From: Chrysomallon squamiferum
Lineage: Eukaryota > Animalia > Mollusca
Length of the DNA stretch: 64,000 nt
Direction: 5' to 3'
Assembly: GCA_012295275.1 (NCBI GenBank)
Contig: CM022678.1
Coordinates: forward strand, 1,116,001 to 1,180,000
Shown here: positions 27,451 to 40,969 of the stretch, in pieces
Position numbering within the stretch: position 1 is the stretch's first letter
Layout of the letters: each line of letters starts with the position of its first letter
Made by a program: the position numbers and the translations under genes
Notes under the pieces: generated by a model
What the model saw: only the letters and a program-made list of their open reading frames with translations
Databases searched by the model: none
Told to the model about the DNA's origin: nothing

Positions 27451-27468
27451 ATCCCATCCTCGTCGCCA
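27451..27468 (-). promoter_or_regulatory. Primer-binding site for tRNA-Ser(GCU)
   Basis: Minus strand TGGCGACGAGGATGGGAT, 2 nt inside the 5' LTR; plus strand ATCCCATCCTCGTCGCCA equals the 3' end plus CCA of metazoan tRNA-Ser(GCU) as I recall it. Confidence 0.85.
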
Positions 27469-27470
27469 GG

Positions 27471-27656
27471 TGTTATGTTTTATCATTAAAACATAAAGTT
27501 CATTTCAGTTTCCAAACAATTTATTTGTTTCAAAAATGTCTGCGAACAAAAACTAACGCATGCTCCCGGTGACTTCATATAACACTCTCTTATTCCGGTT
27601 CCCCTAAACATTGTAAACTGTAACAATGTTAACCCTAACAACATTTAGATACAACA
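27471..27656 (-). repeat. 5' LTR
   Basis: 186-bp repeat of 22980-23165, followed on the minus strand by the PBS and gag. Confidence 0.95.
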
Positions 27657-27990
27657 GTAACTGTTGCTGAGATTATAGAGGGGGGATTTAAACGGCATAC
27701 AAAAAAGATTAAAAAATAAAACGTACAATAAAAATTTTAAAGTTTAAAGAAATGAAATTTTTTAAAATAAAGTTGTGGTTAGGATAATAAACGTATTTAT
27801 CCAGTAACACAGTTAAGAGTGGAAATGTATATTAAACGTAATGTGAGCTGTGACAGGAAATGAAACAAGTTAACAAAGAATGTCTGCCTTGGCTTGCTGA
27901 ATGTAGAACATGCTGTATATATTTAAATTTACTATTGTTATATCATGGATAAAAAACATGACTTTACTAATATCTATATCTGTGTATAAC

Positions 27991-28041
<51 letters not shown>

Positions 28042-28859
28042 ACAGAGATATATATTAGTAAGGTCATGTTCTAAGCCATGACATAACATAGTAAATTCGG
28101 ACTTCAGGCGGTGTTATCGCGATGTGAACTCGAATCCTCTAAAGAGTTAACTGAAAGTAATATAATGATGATGATGATGTATGCAAACAAAAGACCGAGT
28201 CGTTTAAAGATTTATGATATTTTATTCTATAAAGATAAAGTTGAAGAAAAACTAACTGAAAGAAATTCCATGTTGGTTTATCTGAAGTCAAAGTTCAGGA
28301 ATCATTTTATGTCTTCAATATATTTCTGGAGTAAAGGTTCACAGATCCCAGAACATTTACCGTTGACTGATGAGCGAGCGAATGATGTTAGGTCAATCTT
28401 TGGCAAAATAATGAAAATACGATTTCTCGCTAGACTTCGACGGTGTCGGCCCGGGAAGTCGACAAATCTCTTTTGTTTAGGACCGGGACGTAGAATAATA
28501 AAAGTCCCAGGACGTAGACAATTCTAGTTGTTTGTAAGTTCTGAGCTGCAGTTACGAGGCGCCTCTTTTGTTAACAACGAGATGAGAACCCTGAAGTAGA
28601 ATATTATGTGATTACTCTCCTGGATAGAATTTGTAAATAGGCTATCACTAACTGAGTATGTACCTGTGTGTTTTTGTTTATTGTTTATTTGCTCGTATTA
28701 TGCTCTACCAATTTACTGTTTTGGGTTGTAAATTTATCTTTCTCTTATACTGAGCACGCACTTGTTCATTGGTTCTTTTAGGGTTTAATCTATATAAAGT
28801 TTTATATCAAAATGAAAAAACTATTTCACGTTTAACAGTATGCTAGCTGCACAAGTTAG

Positions 28860-29396
28860 AGTGACTTGTATCGACACATTAATAGGCGGACAACATTTGT
28901 ATTACAACCAACACAAATTTCGAGTGAATAGAAAGTGTGGAGAGGAAATGCAGAGACTACGTTGTGACTGGACAACGTACTCCAGATGGCAGACCAGATA
29001 CAGCACAACCACACATCGCTGTAATTTGTTAAGCTGTTGATGCGTTTAAGGTGAAAGTCATGGACCGAGCTAAAATGGAAACAACGCCAGTTCCTAAGAT
29101 TTACACCGATGAGATTTCCAATCTAAGGAAAAACCATGATTTCTTTCCTAACGGTTTGTCAGCCGAGATTCCACATTTTAGTGCCATTAAGACGATACTA
29201 TACCGACAGTGACACAAAACTCTACCCGACTACCCCAGACAAGACAGGATATCAATTTAGAAGGAGAGAGGACCCGCACCAAGGGAGGAGATCCTTTTCT
29301 ACACAGAGTTGAAGGAGTAGACAATACTGATCTTCACAACTGACAAGAACTTGGAGTTGTTGTGTGATACTGATGTTGTATTATCAGATGGAACAT

Positions 29397-29398
<2 letters not shown>
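28860..29398 (+). mobile_element. Mutator-like (MULE) transposase fragment, FLYWCH-like N-terminus to first catalytic Asp
   Basis: GGQHLYYNQHKFRVNRK, then ETTPVPKIYTDE, IPHFSAIKTILYR, LPQTRQDI and ILIFTTDKNLELLCDTDVVLSDGTF; broken frames; truncated at an (attt)n run. Confidence 0.8.
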
Positions 29399-29435
<37 letters not shown>

Positions 29436-29591
29436 CTAGTACTGTAATACCCATAACGTAACCAGCGACATGAATCGGTAGAGCCTTTATGGTGGGTAAC
29501 TTGACACATAGGATCGAACCTTCTTAGTGGACCCATTGTTGTGTGTGTGGGGTTTGTTGTTGGTTTGAGAGTGAGTGTGTGTGTGCGTGTG

Positions 29592-29634
<43 letters not shown>

Positions 29635-29769
29635 GTGTCATTAGAGGCATTGAAGATGAATTCCATTTTCATCAAAATGTTTATTTTATAATGATAATAG
29701 AGCATCATATTTAAAGAAATATTTGTATACAAGACCATCTACTTTTAACATAAACAATCTTGTGTCATC

Positions 29770-29802
<33 letters not shown>

Positions 29803-32041
29803 AAAGGAATCTTTATAAATATGTAATTTAATTTGTAACTACATAGATATAACAACTATATGTTTATATTTTTATTATCCTAATTCATACGTTTAATTTT
29901 TTATTCCTGTCTTTGTATACTAAAACCTAATACACAACTGTTTCTGTTTTATAACTGTAGTCATGTCTGTTTTGTGTTTATAGCCATGCTGACCTTGGCA
30001 AATAAATAAACTGAACAGGAAACTGAATTGTAGAAATAGTAGTAGTAGTAGCAATAGCTGCAGTACAGTATCGTCTCGTTGTTACTTTTTGACTGCGCAC
30101 ACCGTCAACCAGGTAAAACGTCAATTAATGAATCCCGGGACATTGGCAGATCCTCACTGGTACATTTCAGCTTGTCCCACTAAGTAGACACAATTTTAAG
30201 ATCATTTACACAAGTTTTTGATTTCGCGGGCCATAATGACTTCGACGACTATCCATTAAATAAGGAAATGTATGTGAACAGTCTTTCCGTTAATTGAAAA
30301 GTCTTTTTGTTAATTGAAAAGATTGCATATGAGACGAGACCAAACGAAATGGAAATTGTTTCAGTCATGTTAACGGCTTAGTGAGAATTAAAAACATTGT
30401 CTTTATGTAATTTGTCCAGAGTTAACTAACAACTTGTTTACTACAGAGCTGGACCAAACAACGCTTTGACATCAAAGGTTATTGAGTGGAAGAAGAAGAA
30501 GGAGAATAGATAGATAGATAGATAGATATGGATATTTAATGTTCAAAAAATCATCTTTTAATTACATAAAGAAATTATTTGTAAAAAAATAACATCATGT
30601 AAAGGTTTTAATGGTTGAATACTTTAATATTTACAGATCTTTATAAAGCTGCCAACAACGTCGGAGACGAAATTGGGACTCATACCTGGCCAAGACAGAA
30701 TTGTTAAAGTGTTGTTTTAGAGGTGGGCAATGACAGTGAGTGAATAAATTTTGTGGACATCACTTCTGTATCATTCCTTTTGTCTGCCATATTTGTGCTT
30801 CTGACGTTCTCCTTCTTGTCATTTTTACTGTGAATGACTCAGCTGTTGAATACAGTGGAGGTAAATATTCATATCTGATGCATGAACATTCTATAGTTTG
30901 GAAAAAACAAACATGGGTGCATATTGGTAAGTTTTCATTGATAGTTTTTGTATAACAATTTAGTATAGATATTGAGAAAACTGAGTATTATAACTTACTG
31001 AAACTATTCTGTATATTTTTCTTATTTATATAATACAATTTAGTGGTAGTGTTGAGAAAACTAAAAATATGCTTACTGAAACTATTTTGATGTTATCTAT
31101 AATTTGCATTGTTAATATTACAATTTAGTGTTAGTATTGACAAAACTAAGAATATATCTTTCTGAAACTATTCTATACATTTTCATTGTTTATTTAACTT
31201 AATTTAGTATTAGTGTTAATAAATATGTAAATATAAATTGTTGAAACAATTTCTCATTGTTTGTTCTACTTAATTTAGTAAAATTATTCTTATGATATGT
31301 ACATTTACATTGTTTATATAGAATAGGTTGATATTAGGGTTGACTAAGAATATAATTTATTAAGACTGTTTTGATAATTACTAGGTTTATGTAATTTAAT
31401 AGTGCAGTTCAGAAAACATACTGTATATGCTTTGTGATAATGATTACATTTTTGCAGGTCAACCATTAGAGATTTAACGAGAGTTGTTTTAGAATTTATT
31501 TTAACAAGAGAGATGATTCTTCGTCAGGGAGTATGACAAATTTGTTTATATCTTTATCAATACCCTATACATCAATATAATGTTAACTATTTTTACTATT
31601 TCTAAACTAACACTTTTTTATTTACATTGATAATAAATATACAATTTAAAGAGGTTTAAGTACTGTCTGACAGCTAAAAGCAGCAAAAATAAAAAATAAA
31701 TAAATAACTAAATAAAAACACACACTAATTATTGTTTCCTCATGACAGTTATTATTATTCTTATATTGGCTTTTTTTTGTTTTAATGTTGTAAAATAATG
31801 TTGAGGTCATCAGTCAGTGTATCTATGTGTAATTAGTTAACAGTATTAAACACATTTGTTAAAACATACATTGCTCTATTCAGTAATACTGTTCAGATAG
31901 ACTACGAATTTGTTCTGTGTTTGAAACACTGCTATTACATCCAATAATTATATCTTATTCTCAGTATTTTGTAGGTAAAAACATTTTTAGAAATTATGCA
32001 TTTGTGAATGATAAAAAAGTATTTGCTCTGTTTCACTTCAG

Positions 32042-32104
32042 GACAACTGACAGCAAACGTATCTCATTCTGGTTCTACTGAAATAAGCGGTAACACTATA
32101 AACC
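32042..32104 (+). CDS. 63-nt micro-exon, GQLTANVSHSGSTEISGNTIN
   Basis: tctgtttcacttcag acceptor, c|gtaagt donor, phase 1-1. Confidence 0.6.
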
Positions 32105-32386
32105 GTAAGTTAAAAACTGAAAGTTTTCTCTTCTCTACATGTTTAACAGATAACACAGTACTTAGTAGACATTAGTACTTTTGTCAGACATTGTGAACAA
32201 CATAGAAACGTGCACATCAAGACATAGACACAATATATAAAAAAGAAAATTAGTATTTCAACCACTGCTATACATCCGACAGTGATATCTAATTCTCAGA
32301 ATTTTTCAGCTAAAACGTTTTTAGAAATTATGCATTGAAGTTGTGAGTTATAAATAGGTATTTACTTTGTTTCGCTGTAGGACTGT

Positions 32387-33176
32387 ATATTAATAAATGT
32401 ACCTCTTGGTTTTATGATCTATGGTGAACTAGGACGGTATCCCCTTGGTATTTCTATAAAAGTAAGAATGACAACCTTTTGGAGGAACCTAATTTGCAAA
32501 ACAAAAAAAAAAAAAAATATTTCCTCACAACTATATTATTTAATGCATGTTATCGATTCTCCTTGGAACAGATTTGTAAAATATATTTTAGATGATTGTG
32601 GTTTAACATATATTTGGATATATCTCAACTTTGATAATGTTAAATGGATACGAGAAACGATATCCAAAATATTACATGATCAATTTCAACAGTTTTGGAA
32701 AAATTCTAAATGAAACATCTCCAAAGGGTATTAATTATAAACATTTAAAAGATGAATTGAAATTATAAACTGTCTTACTTTGCTGTCTCAAAAGAATGCC
32801 AATGTCTTATGTAAATTTAGAACCTCGAAGGCTAAACTTCCTATTGAAACTGGACAATGGTCTAATATTCTAAGAGAAAACAGAAAATGTCATATCTGTA
32901 ATCTTAACAAATCTGGAGATGAATATCACTATATATTTGAATGTAATGTATGTATTATTAAATGCGAGAAAGGGTATACCAGACAAATACATGAGACATC
33001 CAAATATAATTTCATATAGCTATATTTGTTAATAAGAACTATATGTGAGAGATTATGTCCTCCACGTTAAACTTCCACGCTTCTGCATTTTAATTTTGTT
33101 TCTATATATCTGTAATACATTCTTCTCTGTACTGCAACCCTACAATTTATGAGAATAAAATCATTGTAATTGTCAT
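32387..33176 (+). mobile_element. 5'-truncated LINE 3' end inserted inside a micro-exon
   Basis: IYGELGRYPL...RMTTFW and KFRTS..KLPIETGQW...CHIC...DEYHYIFEC are typical LINE ORF2 C-terminal segments; AATAAA at 33154 and a short cattgt-like tail; removal rejoins a 63-nt exon. Confidence 0.85.
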
Positions 33177-33233
33177 TGCCAGCAAACACAATTCATTCTG
33201 GTTCTACTGAAATAGGAAATAGGCATGAATCCG
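33177..33233 (+). pseudogene. 3' part of LINE-interrupted micro-exon (PANTIHSGSTEIGNRHES); 5' part at 32381-32386
   Basis: 6 nt + 57 nt = 63 nt; acceptor ctgtag at 32380; donor g|gtatgt at 33234. Confidence 0.65.
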
Positions 33234-33682
33234 GTATGTTATAAACTGAAAGTTTTCTTTTCTCTACATGTTTAATAGATAACAGACTACTTAGTAGTCA
33301 TTAGTATGTTCTCTCAGACACTGTGACGTGAACAATGTAGAAACGCGCAAATAAATACACGGACCAATACATATAAACATACATATCTGTAACTAGTCTT
33401 AGCACATACACAGAATACATACACACAACACATACACACATATATGCACACACATACATATGCATACATGCATTACACAGACACACAAATTTAGACACAG
33501 TGTATGTATATTAAACTGTATGCTGCCATGTTTCTACATATACACTAAAAATGTGTTTCAAACACTGGAACTACATTTAATAATTATATCTAATTGTCAG
33601 AATTTTGTATGTAAAAATATTTTTAGAAATTATGCATCGAAATTGTGAATTATAAAAATGTATTTAATCTGTTTCACTGCAG

Positions 33683-33745
33683 GACAACAGCCAGCAAACA
33701 TATCTCATTCCAGATCTACACAAATAGGAAATATGTATTTACCCG
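33683..33745 (+). CDS. 63-nt micro-exon, GQQPANISHSRSTQIGNMYLP
   Basis: tctgtttcactgcag acceptor, g|gtaagt donor, phase 1-1. Confidence 0.65.
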
Positions 33746-34075
33746 GTAAGTTAAAAACTGAAAATGATCTCTACTCTATGTGTTTGATAGATAACAGAAT
33801 ACATAGTAGTCATTAGTACATTTCTGTCTCACACTGTGACTTGAACAACATAGAAGCATGAATATAAATACATAGACACAATACACATAAATATACATAC
33901 CTGTACCTAGATGTAGCACATACACAGAACACATACATACATACATGCATGCAGAGGTTCATTACACATTCAGTAATTATTTCTAATTCTCAGTATTTTG
34001 TAGGTAAAAAGATTTTCAGAAATTATGCATTGAAATTGTGAATTATAAAAATGTATTTGCTCTGTTTCACTACAG

Positions 34076-34138
34076 GACAAGAGTCAGGAAACATATCTCA
34101 TTCCGGATCTGCTCAAATAGGAAATAACTATGTATCCG
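34076..34138 (+). CDS. 63-nt micro-exon, GQESGNISHSGSAQIGNNYVS
   Basis: tctgtttcactacag acceptor, g|gtaagt donor, phase 1-1. Confidence 0.65.
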
Positions 34139-36339
34139 GTAAGTTAAAAACTGAAAATTTTCTTTTCTCTACATGTTTGATAGATAACAGAATACCTAGT
34201 AGGCATTAGTACTTTTCTGTTTCACACTGTGACCTGAACAAGCTGCACGTGTGATTCACTGTGGCTAAAGGAGACGAGTGCAGATTGTTATACATGAAAA
34301 TATTTAGAATCCTGATGTAATATCTTTTCCACTACATCATGTACAGATCTTGAAATTGACTAAGTTGTAACAATTTCCAATACTGATGTCACCATTTCAT
34401 CACAAGAAACACATTTGTTAAAAATCCCTTAGAAAGTTATAAGTAGCCTGCAACAGAATACCCAACCAATAACTTGCTGAAACACTGAGAAATTTTATAT
34501 CATAGAATTGAAAAACATTCTTATGTTGATTACAGCAGGTCAGAAATATGAAAATGTTTGTGTCCAGATGCTAAAAGGCATGGTCTGTGGCAGATTAAAA
34601 ACAGCCTGTTGATGAAAGAATGTTTGCAAAAATAATAATGTGTACTTTTCTCAGTTGCCTTATAAAATAGTCGATGAAGGAATAAAATGTCTAGGTAATA
34701 ACTTATTATTTAAGAATACATCTATTGAAATTAATTGATATCTTCAAATATTGATGCTGATATAATTCAGTCTATTCGGGAAGCTGCAAAAAGTGTAGAA
34801 TAATTATGATAAGTCATTGGTTAAAAATATTTTCAATGTTTAGTCTACATTAATAAGGTAATAGTTTGATTTCTATCTACTGATTTAGTATAATTATAAC
34901 CTAATACTGAGCTGTAGTTTAAAATAACTAAATTTGATATTCCTTTTTACAGTTATATTTATTAGTTGATTTGGTTCTTGTGTTTTGGTTATTGTCGTAG
35001 TTTTATTTTTGGAATGTATTTTTTAAATCTTTAATAGGGAGTATCATCTCTTTGAATATCATTTTTTATTATTTATTTTTTTGGCAGATTCAAATTATTT
35101 TATTGTTTAATTTCTTGTTTGCTTTATAACAAATTATTTGTTAAATTACTTTACTGCTATGAATAAAGAAATAATACGATATATCAGCTGATTTGGTAAA
35201 TGTTTGAGAAGGAAAAGTTTATTATTAATATACAGTTTCTGTTGTCACATTCTAAAATAAAAACAAGCTCACTGGTTAAGATCATCGTCACATGATCTAG
35301 ACATGTACCTCATTCAAATATTTAACATGAGTTTTGTCACGTAGACACGAATTAGTAAAGAACACACTTTATTGTTACAAGTGTTTATTACTGAAAACAA
35401 AATTTGGCCCGTCTTAAAAACAAATGTTTTAATTCACAGTTTTAGGACTGAACTACGATTGTGACTATTCCATTTTTATTTCTTTTTATTTTCAAATACT
35501 TTGTGTATCATTGTCTTATTTACATATTTCAAAAATGATATCATATTATCGGTGTTCCGAACATGATGATGATGATGATAATAATAATAATAATAAAATA
35601 TATATATTTCATTTCATGAATTTGACGTTCTCTTAGTTGCAAGTCTACTTCAGTGTTAAATAGTAATACTTTTATGTAACGGCTTGTGTGCGTGCGTGCG
35701 TGTGTGTGTATTAATTAATCTGGTTTCTTTTGGAGGCTATGATTAAATGTGAGAAAATGTTCACAATGTTTTGTTTGACTAAATTTACGAGACAAGCGGC
35801 AGATACATTTTTCAGTAATGTTTCGTTTCCTTCAGTTTATGTTCCTATTCTTTATTATAAAACAGATATCAACACTGTTTACGGAACTTTCGTGGAGCTA
35901 ACTGTTCAGTTATTAAAGAAAATTCACCTATTTTCATTATTATGTTCTTGTTGTTTTCCTTATATTTTGTTGTTTCTGTAAGTCTTTGTTCCCTCTCTCT
36001 GCATTCTATAAGCACATGACTTTTAATGTGTATACAGTTACATATGTGTCCAGTAAACAGGACAAGGTGGTGCAAAGTCTGTGCATGTCTGATACAAATA
36101 ATTTTATTGCATCAATCATTTCAGACTATACTTAATCACTCACTGTGTGTGTGTGTGTGTGTGTGCGTCTGTATGTGTGTGTGTGTGTGTGTAATCTTTT
36201 TTCATCTCATTACAATAATTTTTGACTGAGGGTCTGTCAACAAATAATATTATTTATATTTAAAAGGTAAAAGGTGTTGAAAAGAGTTAACAACAGATGT
36301 TAATTTCTTAAATGCTGTGATACAAAGTCTAGCAGTCAG

Positions 36340-36505
36340 TGTCTATCACTAAACAAGAGCAGAGAAAAGAGATGTTACACTTTCTATTACAACAGACAAC
36401 AAAAACAGTTCTGTTTTACATCTAGCAGCTTTTTGTGGAGCTTTGTTTGAAAAACGTGTTGATGTAAATATTATTAACTGCGATGGTTAAACTCCTCTTG
36501 ATAAA
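36340..36505 (+). pseudogene. Small ankyrin-unit relic
   Basis: acagacaac..aacagttctgttttacatctagcagct...gttgatgtaaatatt...aactcctctt matches the unit consensus; its 3' flank (36530-36625) matches the flank of the 19121 relic (19931-20030). Confidence 0.8.
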
Positions 36506-37542
36506 GTTTGAATAATAGTTAATTTATTTTTTTATTAAAAACTATTTCGAGGAATGTATTGGACTTTAAATTACATTGAATGGTTATTGTGTATAAGTAT
36601 TGTTTCTTTTGCTTCTAATGATGTTGATTTCATTCTAAACACGATATTATTATCTATTATAATCGTTGGTGTAGTTCAACCCGCTGTCCTGCTCTGTTGC
36701 TTTCTGACTTCGTATTGAAACCAGTTTTGAGAAACGTGATATATTAGAACATTCAGTGACGTCACAGAGTCACAATAGCAACACACTGTATTGAAATAAA
36801 CGGGTGACCTAGAACGAACTGCAGTTAGAAGTACACAGACAAGTTAAACATGAGATATCTGCTTGTTAGTCTTGTGACATTTCTTCAAGTCTTGTGTAGC
36901 GTAGTTAAATATCTGCATTTATCCATCAGCTAATTTGGTTTCAGGTGTTTCTGTGTAGTTCTGTATACGTGAGTGTTTGTGTGTGTGTTCGTCTGTGTGC
37001 GTGTTCGTGTGTTTGTCTGTCTCTTTATGTTTGTGTGTGTTTGTATACGTTTTTGTTTGTGTGTGTGTTCTGTGTGCGTGTTTGTGTGTCTGTCTCTGTA
37101 TGTTTGTGTGTCTGAATGTGTATGTGTCTGTCTGTTTGCCTTTGTGTCTCTGTGTTTATGGCTGTGTGTGTGTGTGTCTGTGTGTTTGTGTGTTTTTATG
37201 GTGTGGGTGTGTTTATGTGTACCTCTAAATACTATTAAGTTATTGCGAGGCTCGATGACAGTAATCCTGTCTCCTCCCACTTTCCATCAAGTTAAGAAAA
37301 ATAAAAGTTTCTGCATCCCAAGACGACTCCACTTTGTAGAAAATTAGACCAGTCAGTCTCATTACGCGATGACGTCATGATTTCAGCTAGGATGTGCTAC
37401 AGTCGTTAAATGTTTTGTAATTGTTCCTGTCAAACTTTGTTTTGTGTAATGAAAAGTCGCTCTAAAGAAAGAAATAATAACATAAATCTTAGTAATAATA
37501 ATAATAATGAAAAGGATGATGACAACAATATTTGTGTGTGTG

Positions 37543-37890
37543 TTATTTTAAGCTATATTTAAGCTTACTATAAGCAAATGATATATAGCTGGCCCCTGTA
37601 TACTGGGTCATATCTTTTCGATCACGTATACAAACCAGTTTGACAAATGTTATTCTTAGAACTTATGTAAAACGTGTTTACACTGTCACCAAGCAACCAC
37701 ACTACGTGCAAACCAGTCACGTGTCGTCTTACAAAAACACCTTTGTGTTTAAGTGGACGATTCACAGAGTGAGCAGACGGTGTAGAATTTGTGACAGTTC
37801 GTTAATTGTAAAGATTCCAATTTTATTTCGATTTCAACTACAGGTAGGCAAACCTTTTACTACACTGCTATTACTTCACTGTTGATTGTC
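37543..37890 (+). promoter_or_regulatory. Putative promoter / first non-coding exon block, copy 1
   Basis: Repeated at 40970-41320 and partly at 42830-42965; CACGTG motif; ends in cag|gtaggc at 37843/37844. Function inferred. Confidence 0.4.
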
Positions 37891-38757
37891 TGCTTATTTC
37901 ATTTGTTTTACAAACTTAATTATGTTATTTTAGTTTAGTTTATTTACTTCTGGTTTTTTTGTTATTTTTGCGGCGAACACGGAATGTAACATCAGAGACT
38001 TGGCTCACTTTTGCGTTTTCATTTTAAAATAATATATCAACAATTATCTGCTAATAAAACTGCATTATAAATAAATAAATAAATAAGGATTTATTTTTAT
38101 ATTATATTTTTCATCGAATAATAAGTCGAAATATATCTTTGTGTAAACAAAAATATAATTAATACATAATAATAATAATAAAATAATAATAATAATAATA
38201 AATAAACAAATAAATAAATAAGCAGCATCTACGAATATGTTGTTCAGTTATAAAGCAGTACAAAGATGAATAAATATCTACGGAATATCTGCTTTAAACA
38301 ATAGAAAGGAATTGACTTGTTTCGTCAAATGATAATGCTGATGTATGGTTTGAATTTTATTTTTTATTTGTTTCTTTGTTATTGTTTTTCTTTTTTTCTT
38401 TTCTTTTCTTTTCTTTCTTTCTTTTTTTTTTTTTTTGTTTTTGGTCGCTTAATATGGAATTTGTGTTTTGACTAGGTCATGAAACATTCGCATTGTTAAA
38501 TATTTCGACTTCATTAAATGAAAATTTAATTATTTGTTTAATTACATCTCTACGATAAATTAAATCAATTGATAAATAGTTCGATACAAATCATTTTGTA
38601 AATGTTTATTAAAACTTAATAATAAAATCAACAAGGTCTGTGTTACTCTCCGGTGAGATCATTGTCACGTGATCTAAACATTTTGAAATACTTAACATGA
38701 GATTTGTCACGTAGACACCACTATATAATAATAATAATAATAATAATAAAAATAATC

Positions 38758-38820
<63 letters not shown>

Positions 38821-39005
38821 TAAATAAATAAATCATTCAGTGTAGAATTTTTAAACTGGAAATGTTTTTGTCTTTGAAATAATTACAGTTTATTATGTGT
38901 GTATTTTATGTGATATTTACATACTTTTAAATGATATCGTACAAAAAAATTGTTCTGAGTATGTGAATAATAATAATAAATGTATATTTTCTCCACTTTA
39001 TCCTT

Positions 39006-39036
<31 letters not shown>

Positions 39037-39154
39037 TTATTAGTATAAACTGGATTTTGTGATACTGGTGCACACAGTGTAACGTTTTCAATCTCCGTCA
39101 GTTCTGAAATAAATAAAAACTACTACTGCTGCTAACAACAAGAACAACACAGTA

Positions 39155-39195
<41 letters not shown>

Positions 39196-39277
39196 GTAAA
39201 AGATAGACGCAGATATTGTTTGTGTTCAGAATGTGTACTAAATGTGTTTTTTGTAATCATTTATTTCCTATTTATTA

Positions 39278-39321
<44 letters not shown>

Positions 39322-40969
39322 AAATACTATTTACAATATTGACGAGCCATTAAAATCTTTTTCTTTTTTTTTTGCCCCAGTATCTACATTTTGAAATTTA
39401 AGGTGGGGGGAAGCCTGCCCTAGGCAAGTTGAAAACTGCACTTTTCCCGGCTCGGCACAGATAAAGTTTTATTCAAAGGAGCGTGCAATATGCATCACAA
39501 TAATTAGTGGCAATTCCACTTTCTAATGCATACTTTGTTTTTGTTCGGATTAAAGTTTGTGATTCTTAATTAGTTTTTGAAGAATTATGTACTTTCACGT
39601 GACTTTCTTTTGTATCTGTCGGAAATACACATAGTTTCGTTCCTGCTCTCCGGCGTTACCCCCTTTCGCGTTAAAAAAGGCTAAAATTAATCTCGTTTGA
39701 AAGAGCGTAGACTTCACTTCAAAATGATGTGTTCCTCTCATAAATCGAACAAAACTTTGATTTGAAATTTTAAAAGCCAGGTTTCCGAACTGAAAATGTT
39801 CTTTGTTTCCACAAAAAATTCCAGATCAAGCATAATTCCCGAAAAGAGCGATCTCGGCGTTTTATATAAAAACAAAATAATAAAAAAAAATAAAAATCAC
39901 GGAGTTTTTTTCCGACGATATCACGGCGAAAATGCGGGAAACCTTAAAAGCGGCCAATTGTTGTTCAGGAGTGAACTTTGACATCGATCAGTGTTCTCAC
40001 TAAGCAAATGTATGGGAATGGGTTGTGAAGCAAAGTATAAGAGATTACCTTAAAAATAATATAATGAAGCGTTACTTGTTTTATTTTTTATTATTATTGT
40101 TTTTATCTCCTCTTGTTAAAATATTGATAGTTTTTGTTCGAGGATGTTGATGTTAGCGATTTCAAGGCAGGTAATTTGTGATCGTTGTGTTGACAATTTT
40201 AATCAGTTTCGGTTTGACTTTAACATTAGTTTGTTTTGGGCGTATATTTCAATTCATTCTACTCAGTAATTGTATATATTTTCATCAATTTGTCAAGACA
40301 ACGAGGTAATAAATACAGTGCACCCGAAATAAATCTTCCCCATGATCACAAGAGATTTGCGTCTTAGTGAAGTGATTAACAGTTATTTATTGATAATTGT
40401 AATTTGATAGCAGGAGAAGAAATAAATATTAATATGAAAGCTTTCAATATAAAATGTATGAGTTAAGCTTTTTGTTTGGTTCCAGTGTCGTATTCAGTTT
40501 GGCAATAATTAATGTTAAGCCTGATGTTAGATGCGATATATAAATAAATACATAAATAAATAAGAAAGAAAGAAAGAAAGAGGGAAGCAAGGAAAGAAAT
40601 AGACAGAACTTAAATTACTTAATCATTTATAGATTAGATGACAAAAATACTAAAGTATAAGACAAAAACTAAAATAAATAAATAAATCAATCAATTTAAA
40701 AAAAGTCAAATAATGAAATATGAAATGTAGAGTTGGATGAAAGGTTATGAAATAAAATTGTGAGTTAGTGTATTTTACTAGTACCGTGTTCGAGAGGGGT
40801 GAATGAAGATTAAACTCAGAGTGATAAATAAAATTAAATAATTAAATAAACGATGTCTGCCCTCACTTCTAAGACACGAAAATAAAGTAGTCTTCTTTCC
40901 TGAATGAAGAACGTAACTCTTAATACCAATAATTATATATAAGAATCTGTGTGTGAGTGTCTGTCTGTG

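Larger units (their letters stand above)
22980..27656 (-). mobile_element. Full-length decayed Ty3/Gypsy LTR retrotransposon (Mag-like), 4677 bp
   Basis: 186-bp LTRs (TG..CA), GTAAC target duplication at 22975-22979 and 27657-27661. Minus-strand order: gag (EEFD...WDEYIER), protease (VDTG), RT (YTRLPFG, ILDDII), RNase H (VDAS, FTDHKPL), integrase (SDNGPQF, SNGEAER). Many frameshifts and stops. Confidence 0.97.

Noticed and set aside
27451-27468. tRNA gene
   Set aside because: Only the 18-nt 3'-end match including CCA is present; it is the retroelement primer-binding site.
28111-28527. 138-aa ORF in a CpG-richer patch
   Set aside because: Non-ATG start, includes an (atg)n run, no recognisable domain or splice structure; may belong to the adjacent Mutator relic.
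39402-39943. TTAA-flanked, CpG-rich candidate DNA transposon (Kolobok/piggyBac-like)
   Set aside because: Only 3 bp of terminal complementarity (GGT..ACC); boundaries cannot be supported without a repeat-library search.
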